From Patescibacteria group bacterium (lineage in GTDB: Bacteria > Patescibacteriota > Patescibacteriia > Buchananbacterales > UBA6539), in contig JAVEXP010000002.1 of the NCBI GenBank assembly GCA_034003985.1, forward strand, positions 208,789-272,788: DNA of 64,000 nt, in the 5' to 3' direction. Positions 27,459 to 37,651 of this stretch are shown here, one piece after another. The position numbers were made by a program, and so were the translations under genes. Under the pieces are notes generated by a model. It searched no databases. It was not told the origin of the DNA and was given only the letters and a program-made list of their open reading frames with translations. Each line of letters opens with the position of its first letter. Position 1 is the stretch's first letter.

Positions 27459-29375
27459 ATGGGAAAAATTCTAGGAATTGATTTGGGAACCACAAACTCA
27501 GCAATGGCGATTGTTGAAGGCGGTGAACCAAAAATTATTGAAAATGCCGAAGGTAACCGGACTACTCCTTCAATCGTGGCGATTAATAAATCCGGGGAGC
27601 GCTTGGTTGGGCAATTGGCCAAACGCCAGGCTGTGACCAATCCGGAAAATACTTTATTTTCAGTCAAACGGTTAATCGGCCGGCGCTGGGGTGATGTGGA
27701 AGTTCAAAAAGATGTTAAGTTGATGCCGTATAAGATTGCCCAGGCGGGTGATGGTGTCAAGGTTAAAATGATTGATAAGGAATACACCCCTCAGGAAATT
27801 TCGGCTATGATTTTGCAAAAATTGAAGGCCGATGCCGAAGCCAAACTGGGTGAAAAAATTACCGAAGCCATTATTACCGTTCCGGCTTACTTTAACGACG
27901 CTCAACGCCGGGCCACTAAGGATGCCGGAGAAATCGCCGGCCTCAATGTCAAACAGATTATCAACGAACCGACCGCGGCGGCGTTGGCTTACGGTTTTGA
28001 AAAGAAAAAAGGCCAACAGATCGCCGTTTATGATTTGGGTGGCGGTACTTTTGATGTCTCGGTGCTGGAAGTCTCCGAAGATACAGTTGAAGTCAAATCA
28101 ACCAATGGCGATACCCATTTGGGCGGTGACGATTTTGATCAAGTTTTGATTGAGTGGATTATTAGTGAATTCAAGAAAGACAGCGGTATCGATTTGGGTA
28201 AAGATACTTTGGCCTTGCAGCGGATTAAAGAGGCCGCCGAAAAAGCCAAGATTGAACTTTCTACCGCTCAGGAAACCGAAATCAATCAGCCTTTTATTAC
28301 TACCGACAGTTCCGGGCCAAAACATTTGGTGATGAAATTAACTCGCGCCAAGCTGGAAGAATTGGTTGGCGACTTGGTCAAAAAAACCTTGGAGCCATGC
28401 AAGGCCGCTTTGAAAGATGCCAAGTTGGAAGTTAAAGACATTGAAGAAATCATTTTGGTTGGCGGTATGACCAGAATGCCGTTGGTCCAAAAGATCGTTT
28501 CTGAATTTTTTGGCAAGAAACCAAACATCTCCGTTAATCCCGACGAAGTCGTGGCTTTGGGTGCAGCGGTTCAAGCTGGTGTTTTGCAGGGAGATGTTAA
28601 AGATGTTTTATTGCTTGATGTTACACCGTTGACTTTGGGATTGGAAACTTTGGGTGGGGTAATGACGGCGTTGATTGAGCGCAACACCACTATTCCAACT
28701 TCCAAGTCACAAGTGTTCTCGACGGCGGCCAATAATCAACCCAGCGTGGAAATTCATGTTTTGCAGGGGGAACGGCCAATGGCTGGTGACAACAAGACTT
28801 TGGGGCGCTTTATTCTTGATGGTATTCCACCGGCGCCTCGAGGTATTCCGCAAATCGAAGTAACTTTTGACATTGACGCCAATGGTATTCTTAATGTTAG
28901 CGCCAAAGACAAGGGCACCGGCAAAGAACAAAAGATTACTATTACCGCTTCTTCCGGGCTTTCCAAAGAAGAAATTGAAAAGATGAAACAGGATGCCGAA
29001 GCTCATGCTGAAGAAGACAAAAAGAAGAAAGAATTGATTGAAACTCGAAATTTGGCCGACACTTTGATTTTCAGCACTGAAAAAGCCTTGGCTGATGCCG
29101 CTGACAAAATAAAAGCCGAAGAAAAAAAGGACATTGAGGCCAAATTGGATGAACTCAAAAAAGTAAAAGATGGCGATGATCTCGAAGTGATCAGAAAACG
29201 CACTGAAGAATTAAGCAGTGCGGCCCAAAAAATTGGTCAGGCGATGTACCAGCAGGATCAGGCCACCCAAGCTGCGGCGGGGGCTGACGCTGCGGCCAAT
29301 CAGCAGCCTTCAAACGATAAGGACGAAGTTGTTGAAGGCGAAGTTGAGGAAGAAAAATCCGAAGATAAGAAATAA
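27459..29375 (+). CDS. dnaK: chaperone DnaK
   Basis: [41 protein letters not shown]. Confidence 0.98.
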   Translation: MGKILGIDLGTTNSAMAIVEGGEPKIIENAEGNRTTPSIVAINKSGERLVGQLAKRQAVTNPENTLFSVKRLIGRRWGDVEVQKDVKLMPYKIAQAGDGVKVKMIDKEYTPQEISAMILQKLKADAEAKLGEKITEAIITVPAYFNDAQRRATKDAGEIAGLNVKQIINEPTAAALAYGFEKKKGQQIAVYDLGGGTFDVSVLEVSEDTVEVKSTNGDTHLGGDDFDQVLIEWIISEFKKDSGIDLGKDTLALQRIKEAAEKAKIELSTAQETEINQPFITTDSSGPKHLVMKLTRAKLEELVGDLVKKTLEPCKAALKDAKLEVKDIEEIILVGGMTRMPLVQKIVSEFFGKKPNISVNPDEVVALGAAVQAGVLQGDVKDVLLLDVTPLTLGLETLGGVMTALIERNTTIPTSKSQVFSTAANNQPSVEIHVLQGERPMAGDNKTLGRFILDGIPPAPRGIPQIEVTFDIDANGILNVSAKDKGTGKEQKITITASSGLSKEEIEKMKQDAEAHAEEDKKKKELIETRNLADTLIFSTEKALADAADKIKAEEKKDIEAKLDELKKVKDGDDLEVIRKRTEELSSAAQKIGQAMYQQDQATQAAAGADAAANQQPSNDKDEVVEGEVEEEKSEDKK

Positions 29376-29397
29376 AAATTAGCTGAAATAATGAGTT

Positions 29398-29429
29398 TTG
29401 GGCAGGGCTTTTTTATAGCCCTGCCCAAG
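29398..29429 (+). terminator. strong hairpin after dnaK
   Basis: TTGGGCAGGGCT/AGCCCTGCCCAA. Confidence 0.6.
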
Positions 29430-29479
29430 TATATCTGCTATAATTGGTAGTATTGCTAATTAATCACTTTTTATAATTT

Positions 29480-30448
29480 ATGATTTCAGTTTTAATTACG
29501 ATCGGCTTGTTTGTTGTTGGACTGGTGTTGTTGATTTATGGCGCTGACTCTTTAGTTCGCGGTGCATCTTCGGTCGCCAAAAAGTTTGGCCTTTCTAATC
29601 TGTTTATTGGTTTGACGGTGGTAGCTTTTGGCACTTCTTTGCCGGAATTGGTGGTTAACTTATTTGCCAGTTTTCGGGGCAGTAATGATATTGCCATTGG
29701 TAATATCGTTGGCAGCAATATTTCTAATATTTTGCTGATTTTGGGTATCGCGGCTTTAATTTATCCATTGACCGTTAAGCACGGCACTGTTAGTCGAGAA
29801 ATTCCTTTCAGCTTTTTGGCGGTTGTTGTGTTATTTATTTTGGCTAATGATTTTTTAATGGACGGTTTGCAAGCGTCAATTCTAAGCCGCGGCGACGGCT
29901 TAATTTTGATCGCATTTTTTATTATCTTCATGTATTATACTTTTGGCATTAGCAAGTCTAGTGCCGAGGAGGCCGCTGAACCGGTTAAAACTTATAAAAA
30001 TTATGTGGCCTTGTCAATGATTTTCGGCGGAATTTTGGGGACGGTCATCGGCGGTCAATTTATGGTTGAGTCTGCCGTCAAAGTAGCAACAATGCTTGGG
30101 GTTAGCGAAGCTTTAATTGGTTTGACTATTGTCGCCGTGGGAACTTCTTTGCCGGAATTGGCCGCTTCGGCGATTGCCGCCTATCACAAAAAAAGCGATA
30201 TCGCCATTGGTAACATCATCGGTTCCAACATCTTTAATGTTTTTTGGATTTTGGGTGTTAGCACTACTATTAAACCATTATATTTTTCTTTGGCCTTGAA
30301 TAGTGATTTGATTTTATTGATTATCATTACCATTATTTTGCTGTCGTTTATGTTTATCGGCAAGAAGAATATTGTTCAGCGCTGGCAAGGTGGCACTATG
30401 GTGGGGCTTTACGCCGCTTATGTTATCTATTTAATTATTAGAGGATAA
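29480..30448 (+). CDS. Ca2+/Na+ antiporter, YrbG/CaCA family
   Basis: duplicated GTSLPEL and GNI.GSNI alpha-repeats. Confidence 0.93.
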   Translation: MISVLITIGLFVVGLVLLIYGADSLVRGASSVAKKFGLSNLFIGLTVVAFGTSLPELVVNLFASFRGSNDIAIGNIVGSNISNILLILGIAALIYPLTVKHGTVSREIPFSFLAVVVLFILANDFLMDGLQASILSRGDGLILIAFFIIFMYYTFGISKSSAEEAAEPVKTYKNYVALSMIFGGILGTVIGGQFMVESAVKVATMLGVSEALIGLTIVAVGTSLPELAASAIAAYHKKSDIAIGNIIGSNIFNVFWILGVSTTIKPLYFSLALNSDLILLIIITIILLSFMFIGKKNIVQRWQGGTMVGLYAAYVIYLIIRG

Positions 30449-30456
30449 AGAAAAAT

Positions 30457-30753
30457 ATGTCTGAAAAAGTAAATAATACTCAAGCCCAACAGCTTCAGAT
30501 TAAAGATGGCTTTGCCGGCGCTGAATATGCCAATGCGATGCAGGTTGGCCATAACAAGGAAGAATTTATGTTAACTTTTCTTAATATCGTTGCTCCGACC
30601 GGCCGGGTAGTGGGAAAAATTATCACCAGTCCCGGTCATCTCAAAAGAATCATCAGGGCGCTGGAAGAAAATCTTAAAAAATACGAATCTGCTTTTGGCC
30701 AGGTTCAAGAGGCCGAAAGTCCTAAAAATGAAATTGGTTTTAAAGCCGAATAA
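30457..30753 (+). CDS. DUF3467-like protein
   Basis: Y.N...V.H..EEF..TF; SPGHLKR...L.ENL..YE..FG. Confidence 0.75.
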   Translation: MSEKVNNTQAQQLQIKDGFAGAEYANAMQVGHNKEEFMLTFLNIVAPTGRVVGKIITSPGHLKRIIRALEENLKKYESAFGQVQEAESPKNEIGFKAE

Positions 30754-30762
30754 CTTATCGCT

Positions 30763-31875
30763 ATGGGTAAGGATTACTACGAAATTTTGGGAGTAAACAA
30801 GAGTGCCAGTCAAGAAGAAATCAAGAAAGCTTATTATAAGCTGGCTCACAAATATCATCCTCACAAAGGCGGTGATGAGACCAAAATGAAAGAGGTGAAC
30901 GAAGCTTATAGTGTTTTGGGTAATCCTGAAAAACGCCAGCACTATAATCAATTTGGTTCAACTTTTGAACAAGCTCAGCGTCAAGGCGGCTTCGGCGGAT
31001 TTGAGGGCTTTCGTGATTTTTCCGATTTCGCTCAAACTTTTCGTGGCAGTGCTGGTGCCAATCAGGCTGGCAATGGCTTTTCTTTCAATTTTGGCGACAT
31101 GGGCGATGTTTTTGGTGATATTTTTGGCGGCAGTTCGGGCCGAAGCGGCCGGGTTCAGCAGGCCCAAGATCTGCGGTCTGAACTGACTATTGAATTTTTG
31201 GAAAGCGTATTCGGAATTGAGAAAAATATTAAGTTAAATCGCGACCAGCTTTGCGATCGATGCCATGGCGACGGCGCCGAACCTGGTTCCAAGGTATTAA
31301 CCTGTGATACTTGTAAGGGTACTGGTCAGGTCGTAAGAAATATCGGTTTTGGTTTGGGCTTTCCCAGCGTTTGTCCCGACTGTCAGGGCAGTGGCAAAAA
31401 AATCGAAAAGCAATGTACCAGGTGCCGCGGTCGAGGAGTAACCAAAGAGAGCCAAGAACTAAAAGTCAAAATTCCCGCCGGAATTGACAATGGCCAAACT
31501 ATTCGTTTAGTCGGCAAGGGGAATGAGGGGCCAAAAGGCACGGTACCCGGCGATTTGTATTTACAGATTAAAGTAAAATCCGATCCTCGTTTTAAGCGCG
31601 ATGGCTATGACATTGTTACTAAACACGAAATTACTTTTCCTCAGGCGGCTTTGGGCGACAAAATTGAAATTGAAACTGTCGACGGTAAAGTCAAGCTAAA
31701 AATTCCCGAAGGCACCCAGAGTGGCAAAATTTTTAGAATCAAGAGTCGGGGAGTGTTTTATCTTCACAGCCGTCAGCGCGGTGATCATCTGGCTAAAATT
31801 ATTGTTAATACTCCAACCAAGCTTTCTCGCCGTCAGCGTCAGCTTTTCAGTGAACTGAAAGATTTGGATTCTTAA
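30763..31875 (+). CDS. dnaJ: chaperone DnaJ (HPD motif reads HPH)
   Basis: KDYYEILGV J-domain, G/F region, four CxxCxGxG repeats, GDLY. Confidence 0.95.
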   Translation: MGKDYYEILGVNKSASQEEIKKAYYKLAHKYHPHKGGDETKMKEVNEAYSVLGNPEKRQHYNQFGSTFEQAQRQGGFGGFEGFRDFSDFAQTFRGSAGANQAGNGFSFNFGDMGDVFGDIFGGSSGRSGRVQQAQDLRSELTIEFLESVFGIEKNIKLNRDQLCDRCHGDGAEPGSKVLTCDTCKGTGQVVRNIGFGLGFPSVCPDCQGSGKKIEKQCTRCRGRGVTKESQELKVKIPAGIDNGQTIRLVGKGNEGPKGTVPGDLYLQIKVKSDPRFKRDGYDIVTKHEITFPQAALGDKIEIETVDGKVKLKIPEGTQSGKIFRIKSRGVFYLHSRQRGDHLAKIIVNTPTKLSRRQRQLFSELKDLDS

Positions 31876-31886
31876 AAAAAATTAGT

Positions 31887-31922
31887 AAAAATCAGCTTAG
31901 ATTAAATCGAGGCTGATTTTTA
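31887..31922 (+). terminator. dnaJ terminator
   Basis: AAAAATCAGC/GCTGATTTTT. Confidence 0.7.
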
Positions 31923-31997
31923 TTATTGTTTGATTTTTTAGCTAATTTGAGCTAATTATTTTTTTTAACTTAATTTATATTATTAAAATTTTTATCC

Positions 31998-32026
31998 TTG
32001 ACAAACTTGATGATTTTGGGTAATAT
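31998..32026 (+). promoter_or_regulatory. cassette promoter
   Basis: TTGACA-17-TAATAT. Confidence 0.6.
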
Positions 32027-32266
32027 GCTAAACCGGCTTAGTGCCGTTTGTTAGCGTTCTTTACAAGCATCATCTCTGGCTTAAAAAGTGTAAGTTAGGG
32101 GTGTGAATATACATTAAGGTGAGAGAACTTCAACGGAAAAAGGAGGATTGCGTCTGACAAAATTGTGTTGGTTACCCGCAACGGTTGGAGCCGTGGCGGG
32201 TGTTGGGTGTTTGGAAGAAAAGGCAACGGGCTTTGGCCCAAATCGACGAAAAGGAGATTTCCACCA

Positions 32267-35200
32267 ATGCGTACGAGTGCATCGATTTTCGCAGTAGTTT
32301 TGTTGGCGGTTTTCATCGTGGGCTGTCCCCCGATCGAAAACCCGCCGCCGGTTCTTGACCTGCGTGCCAACCTCGACGGCCGCTTCGTGCAGGCGTTTGC
32401 CGCCAATGACGACGCCGGCGTTGTGAGCTTCGAGCTGATGCGCAAGAACGAAGACGGAGACTGGTTCCCCGTCTGGAATGCCAACGGCGTCCAGCAAGTG
32501 GCTCATACCCAAAGCTGGGGCGTTCACGAGAGCGTCACGGTCGAAGAGGTGAGTCGCGAGTATCTTGGTAGTCCGGTGTTTTTCTACAGCGGTTGGTACT
32601 ACTGGTCTTCGGGCGGGGAATATCATCCCATCCCGTTTGCCGCCGACTTGTTTCGGTTGCTCAACGCCAGTCGGACCGGAACCGTGGAAACGCGGACGAT
32701 CGACATCGTCCATTCGACCGGTGCCTACCTCGCGGCTCAGTTCGAGCTGGATCGCGAAGGATGGTATGCCGTTCGGGCTTCCGGTCTGACTACGGACAAT
32801 CAACCGTTCGCTTCGGCTCAATTCGAGGAAGTCGGGTACTTCAAAGGTATTGATGGACCCGACGACCCCGGTGACCCCAATAAGCCCATGGCAACCTTCC
32901 ACGATCTGTTCGTTTCTCCTTGGAAGACGGTGAACGGGTATCTGGATGGGTATGTCAGCATCAGTAACGGCGGGGTGCCAACCGACTACTTCTTGGCGTG
33001 CGATATCGCCGTCGAGGGAGTTTGGCATCAGAAGCCGGGCTGGGGCGAGGAAGGGCGAGTGAGTATTGCTCACGACGGCTATTTCTTTGTCGACTTTACC
33101 AAGGCCGGCAATGACCACGAGGCAACGAGTTTTTGGTTGCGCGTGGTGCCGCGTAGCGTCACCGACATCCCGAATTGCGGTTTGGATCCGTCCTTGTGTC
33201 TGGTTCGGCCCGAAATTCCCGAGGCCATTGGTAGTATTCTCGTTCTTCGTCCGCCGATCAGCAATGATGACGACGGGAGCGGGGAAGTGACGATTGGCTT
33301 CCGGGATATTCCCGCTTATCTGAGTACCGACGGTACCCTGACGGGAATGGTCACGGCCGATAACCTCGCCGATTTGGCAGTGTTGGTGTACATTCATGTC
33401 GATGGCGTGGCCTGGCAGAAGCCGGACTGCGGAGTGCTGATTCCGATTGCTGCCGATGGCTCCTGGTCGACGAATGTCTATCAGGTTGCCGGTGATGAGC
33501 TCGCGACGCATATCAGCGCGTTTGCGGTGCCATTGGGTACGGTGGCGCCGTGCGTCATCTATCCCCAAGCCAAGGCCGTCCAGGCTGCGGCAGTGTGTGT
33601 GGATGGCATCTGCATCGATGGCGCTAAGGCCGGAGTGATCGTTAACCGGGTTCCGAATTTCAACCTGGTACGCATTCCGTCTTACGGCGACCTCGACGGT
33701 ACTACCATCGGTATGGTCAGCGCGCCCGATCCCACTCAGTGGCAAATCGGCGTGTACGCTGGCGGCATTCCCGGAGAAAGCGGCTGGGTCATCAAGCCCG
33801 GTTTTGCGCCCGGTGATGCCATCGTGCCGAGCCTCAGCGGTAGTTGGGTTACCGACCTGGTTACGGGTGGCGACGACCATTTGGCCAGCCAGTACTGGTT
33901 CATGCTGTTTCCGGTTGGAACAGCAATGCCCCAGTGCGGCCAGATTGGTTGTCCCAACCTCACAGACGCGCTCGCGCTGTCGGTTGCCGACATCTGGATC
34001 AATCGGCAGCCTGGAGCTGATACGATTGCTCCGGCTGTGACCCTACTTGGCGTCAATCCCATGGTGCTTGAAGTCGGTGCGACCTTCGTCGATCCCGGCG
34101 CGACAGCGACGGATAATATCGACGGCGATCTGACCTCGAGTATCGTCGTGACCGGCACGGTCAACACCAATGCCGTCGGTAGCTACTCGTTGACCTACAG
34201 CGCCACCGACAGCAGCGGCAACACAGGTTCCGCTGTCCGGACGGTGAATGTGGTCGATACTACGGCTCCGGTGGTAACGGTTCTGGGCAGTAATCCCATG
34301 TCCGTGGCCCTCAACAGCCAGTTCGTCGATCCCGGCGCGACAGCGACGGATAATATCGACGGCGATCTGACCTCGAGTATCGTCGTGACCGGCACGGTCG
34401 ATACCGGCGTTGCGGGCAGCTACTCGTTGACCTACAGCGCCACCGACAGCAGCGGCAACACAGGTTCCGCTGTCCGGACGGTGATCGTCAGCGGCGACAT
34501 CGAACCCCCAGTCATCACGATTCTGGGGACGAATCCGTTGACCCTCGAGGTCCTCTCGGGCGGTTATTCGGATGCCGGCGCCACCGCGAGTGACAATGTT
34601 GACGGCGACATCAGCGGTTTGATTCAGACGGTATCGACCGTCAACATGACGCTGGTGGGCAATTACATCGTCACCTACACTGTCACCGACAGTAGTGGCA
34701 ACACCGCCACCGCAGTCCGCAATGTCAGTGTGGTGGACACGACGGATCCGGTAATCGGTACGCCGATTGCCGACATCGTGTTGTACCAGCACCAGTCGTA
34801 TCAGGTGGACTTGGCCAATCACGGTTATGACGCATACGACGCGTCGGCTTCGTGGGCGGCCACCGGTTATGATCCGGAGTTGATTGAGGTCGGTATTACC
34901 GCCGGCACCTTGCTGGTGGTGGACGCCAACCTCAAACTGGGCACGACCACCATGACATTGACCATCACCGACTCCTCGGGCAACCAGGCGAGTCAGGATG
35001 TTGTCGTCACGGTCTCGAGTTGTGGTGACAATCTGATCAACATCGATGTGCTCCCCGGAGACATCGATAGCTACACCATCGCGGGGACGATTTGCGGCAG
35101 CCTTGATCCCGCCGCCCACCGCATCGTGGTGTATGTGATGAAACAGATTGGCGACTACGACTTCGTCTTCGTCAAGCCCGGGTACGACGCTTTGGCCTAT

Positions 35201-35416
35201 ACGCCGATTGCGTCCAATGGCTACTGGTCGACATCCGTTAACCCGGATAGCGATTGGAAGCAGATCAAGGTGGTGTTGGTTGAAGAGGGGACGAATGTGC
35301 CCATGTGCGGTGCCAATCCGCCGACCTGCTTCGAGGAATTTCCGGACTTCGAGAGCAATCCGGCAGCTTGGCCCGGGGTACTGAGTACCCATACGGTCAT
35401 CAACCCGACTCCGTAA
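32267..35416 (+). CDS. GC-rich 1049-aa putative lipoprotein with four copies of an unnamed ~100-aa domain and three DUF5011-like Ig repeats
   Basis: SD AAGGAG then ATG 32267; lipobox FIVGC; DT.AP.VT.LG.NP..DPGATATDNIDGD repeats. Confidence 0.85.
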   Translation: MRTSASIFAVVLLAVFIVGCPPIENPPPVLDLRANLDGRFVQAFAANDDAGVVSFELMRKNEDGDWFPVWNANGVQQVAHTQSWGVHESVTVEEVSREYLGSPVFFYSGWYYWSSGGEYHPIPFAADLFRLLNASRTGTVETRTIDIVHSTGAYLAAQFELDREGWYAVRASGLTTDNQPFASAQFEEVGYFKGIDGPDDPGDPNKPMATFHDLFVSPWKTVNGYLDGYVSISNGGVPTDYFLACDIAVEGVWHQKPGWGEEGRVSIAHDGYFFVDFTKAGNDHEATSFWLRVVPRSVTDIPNCGLDPSLCLVRPEIPEAIGSILVLRPPISNDDDGSGEVTIGFRDIPAYLSTDGTLTGMVTADNLADLAVLVYIHVDGVAWQKPDCGVLIPIAADGSWSTNVYQVAGDELATHISAFAVPLGTVAPCVIYPQAKAVQAAAVCVDGICIDGAKAGVIVNRVPNFNLVRIPSYGDLDGTTIGMVSAPDPTQWQIGVYAGGIPGESGWVIKPGFAPGDAIVPSLSGSWVTDLVTGGDDHLASQYWFMLFPVGTAMPQCGQIGCPNLTDALALSVADIWINRQPGADTIAPAVTLLGVNPMVLEVGATFVDPGATATDNIDGDLTSSIVVTGTVNTNAVGSYSLTYSATDSSGNTGSAVRTVNVVDTTAPVVTVLGSNPMSVALNSQFVDPGATATDNIDGDLTSSIVVTGTVDTGVAGSYSLTYSATDSSGNTGSAVRTVIVSGDIEPPVITILGTNPLTLEVLSGGYSDAGATASDNVDGDISGLIQTVSTVNMTLVGNYIVTYTVTDSSGNTATAVRNVSVVDTTDPVIGTPIADIVLYQHQSYQVDLANHGYDAYDASASWAATGYDPELIEVGITAGTLLVVDANLKLGTTTMTLTITDSSGNQASQDVVVTVSSCGDNLINIDVLPGDIDSYTIAGTICGSLDPAAHRIVVYVMKQIGDYDFVFVKPGYDALAYTPIASNGYWSTSVNPDSDWKQIKVVLVEEGTNVPMCGANPPTCFEEFPDFESNPAAWPGVLSTHTVINPTP
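34085..34484 (+). repeat. near-identical 163-bp intragenic direct repeat, period 237 bp
   Basis: 34085-34247 vs 34322-34484 are identical except for one ~18-nt patch. Confidence 0.9.
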
Positions 35417-35431
35417 GGAGTCTCTCACCTC

Positions 35432-35486
35432 GAGTCCCAGGGGAACCCTTTGCCTTGTGCATTGGGAGCCCCTGGGCTCTTTTTTT
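35432..35486 (+). terminator. terminator of lipoprotein cassette
   Basis: GAG-CCCAGGGG...CCCCTGGG-CTC-T tract. Confidence 0.75.
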
Positions 35487-35540
35487 AAATTTTTCTATTG
35501 ACAAATTGTAAAATTTATGATTTAATTAAACCAACAAATA

Positions 35541-37487
35541 ATGAGCCAAAAAATGAAAAAACTCTGGCAAAAAATTAATGCCCTGTGGTCTGGTTCCAGA
35601 AGCATTGATTCTGATCATGATGGTTTGAGTGATTACGAAGAAACCAATATTTATGGTACCGATCCCTATGATCCTGATACCGACAAGGACGGTTTAAGCG
35701 ATGGCTTGGAAGTCAGACTGGGCTTAAATCCGCTTGGTTCAGGGGTGCTTAAGGATCTGTTTATTCCTCATCCGGGCAATGATTATCAGCCCCACATTTT
35801 ACAACCGCGGCGGCTGGTTTTTTATACTATTGCCGTAGTTATTACTAAATTGGTGATCGTCGCCTTGGTTGTTGTCTTTCCGACCAGCGCTTGGTTGACG
35901 CCTGATTTGATGATTCAGGAAAGTCAACGGGTTATTAGTCTTACTAATCAAATTAGACAGCAGCGTTCAATTCCGCCTTTGACCGAAAACAAGGCTTTGA
36001 CTCAGGCGGCTTATAAAAAATCTCAAGATATGTTGACTCGGCAATATTTTGCCCATGTCGGTCCGGATGCCCGTGATCTTTCGGATTGGATTGCCGATCA
36101 GGGGTATAGTTATTTTGTCGCCGGGGAAAATTTAGCAATGGGCTTTGCCAGCGCCGATGAAGTAGTTGACGCTTGGACCAAAAGCCGAACGCATTATGCC
36201 AATTTGATTGATGATGATTATCAGGAAATCGGCGTCGGGATGGCCTCCGGGCCTTATGATGGCATTGATACTACTATGGTTGCCCAATATTTTGCCGCTG
36301 GTTATTCTTTGCCAAACACCGAGCCGACCCCGGTTAATGTCCCTGAATCCGAACCGCAGATTCAACCAGAGCCGGCGGTTGCACCCCAACCAGCGCCACC
36401 AGCCGTTGTTCCTGAATCATCGCCAGTTTTGGGCGAGCAAGTCAGAAATCCAGAAATTCCCCCAGAAATGGCGGTTTTAGAGGAGGAAGTTTCAAATGAA
36501 ACAATTTCAAACAAGCCCGCAACTAAGCCACTTGATATCCCTAAGGCCGTTACTAAACCGCTTGAACCCGCGCCGGTTGTTGAGGTCAAACCGGTTGCTC
36601 CGGTGGTAGCTAAGCCTCAGCCTGTTCAGCCAGTCCAAGCAGAACCAGTGGTAGCAGTTGACCCATTGCCTGAACCCGAACCGGTTTTAGCCGCGCCAAA
36701 ATTAGTGACTCCCGATTTAAGTTCGATATTTAATACCCAGGAAGTAAGAATTGTCGTTTATGCTCCGCAGGCTGAAATGGTAAAAGTTTCTAATAACGGC
36801 CAGCTCTTGGCCAGTCGGCCAAGTTTACAAAGTGATTTCTTTGATTTTGATTTAATCTTGGAACCGGGAGAAAATAATTTATTTTTTACCGCCACCAAAG
36901 GGGAACAGAGCGCAGTCTCGCCAATTTATTTGGTCAAGACTGTTGATAATCCGCCCAGCGTTGATCTGGCTAAAAGCCGGGTGGTTATTTCTCAACCCCT
37001 AAGTCAGGCGGAACAAATCATCAGAGCCGAAATTTATCTTAGCACCGATGCCAAAAGTGCTTCTTTGTCTTTTGGCGACTATCACATTGAATTAAGTCCG
37101 GAATCAGCCGCCGCGGGGGGAAAATCAAATCTTTGGTCGGGCGAGATGATTGTCTTTAGCCGCAGTGATTTATTTAATACTATTGTTTTGCCGGTTTTAG
37201 TGGCCAAAGATTCCGCTGGTCAGGAAACTGTCGAAGATATCGCGTGGGAAAATGTAGTTCCGGTTAAACCGTCTTTAACCAGGCAGTACTTGTTAATGAA
37301 ATCTTACCCCTTAAAGCCGGTTGATTGGCTTTTTGATATTTCCACCTGGTATTATAAATTGGTTTTGGTAACAGCTGTAATATCTTTAATGCTGAGTATT
37401 TTTATTGAAATCCGCCGCCAACGGCCAAAAATTATTTTTTCCACCCTTGGGTTGATAACTTTATTGGTGGTTTTTATCATTGTTTAA
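35541..37487 (+). CDS. membrane-anchored CAP/SCP-domain protein with DxDxDG Ca-binding repeats and Pro-rich linker
   Basis: [18 protein letters not shown]; TNQIR, QYFAH, AGENLA, AW..S.THYANL. Confidence 0.85.
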   Translation: MSQKMKKLWQKINALWSGSRSIDSDHDGLSDYEETNIYGTDPYDPDTDKDGLSDGLEVRLGLNPLGSGVLKDLFIPHPGNDYQPHILQPRRLVFYTIAVVITKLVIVALVVVFPTSAWLTPDLMIQESQRVISLTNQIRQQRSIPPLTENKALTQAAYKKSQDMLTRQYFAHVGPDARDLSDWIADQGYSYFVAGENLAMGFASADEVVDAWTKSRTHYANLIDDDYQEIGVGMASGPYDGIDTTMVAQYFAAGYSLPNTEPTPVNVPESEPQIQPEPAVAPQPAPPAVVPESSPVLGEQVRNPEIPPEMAVLEEEVSNETISNKPATKPLDIPKAVTKPLEPAPVVEVKPVAPVVAKPQPVQPVQAEPVVAVDPLPEPEPVLAAPKLVTPDLSSIFNTQEVRIVVYAPQAEMVKVSNNGQLLASRPSLQSDFFDFDLILEPGENNLFFTATKGEQSAVSPIYLVKTVDNPPSVDLAKSRVVISQPLSQAEQIIRAEIYLSTDAKSASLSFGDYHIELSPESAAAGGKSNLWSGEMIVFSRSDLFNTIVLPVLVAKDSAGQETVEDIAWENVVPVKPSLTRQYLLMKSYPLKPVDWLFDISTWYYKLVLVTAVISLMLSIFIEIRRQRPKIIFSTLGLITLLVVFIIV

Positions 37488-37553
37488 TTTTAATGTCTTA
37501 TTTTGCCGTTAATGCCCCAGCCGTTGTCAAAGGCCGGGGTATTGCCTTATCTA

Positions 37554-37582
37554 TTGACAAATTAGAAAATTATAGTTATAAT
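37554..37582 (+). promoter_or_regulatory. consensus sigma70 promoter of glycosylation operon
   Basis: TTGACA-17-TATAAT. Confidence 0.85.
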
Positions 37583-37651
37583 TTAGCGTTATTTGAAGAT
37601 TAAATAAATCAATCTTTAGATAATATTATTTAGCTAAATTTAGCCAAATAT

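Noticed and set aside
34085-34484. Possible DGR template/variable repeat pair
   Set aside because: Mismatches are not adenine-specific (several C/T and C/G), both copies are in-frame domains, and no reverse transcriptase is in the window
32114-35428. Long antisense ORFs (588 aa and 461 aa) opposite the lipoprotein gene
   Set aside because: Shadow frames expected in GC-rich coding DNA; no recognisable motifs, while the + frame has an SD, lipobox and domain repeats
6542-35486. Integron attC sites at cassette ends
   Set aside because: No RYYYAAC...GTTRRRY boxes found, cassettes are dispersed with their own promoters, and no IntI gene is present
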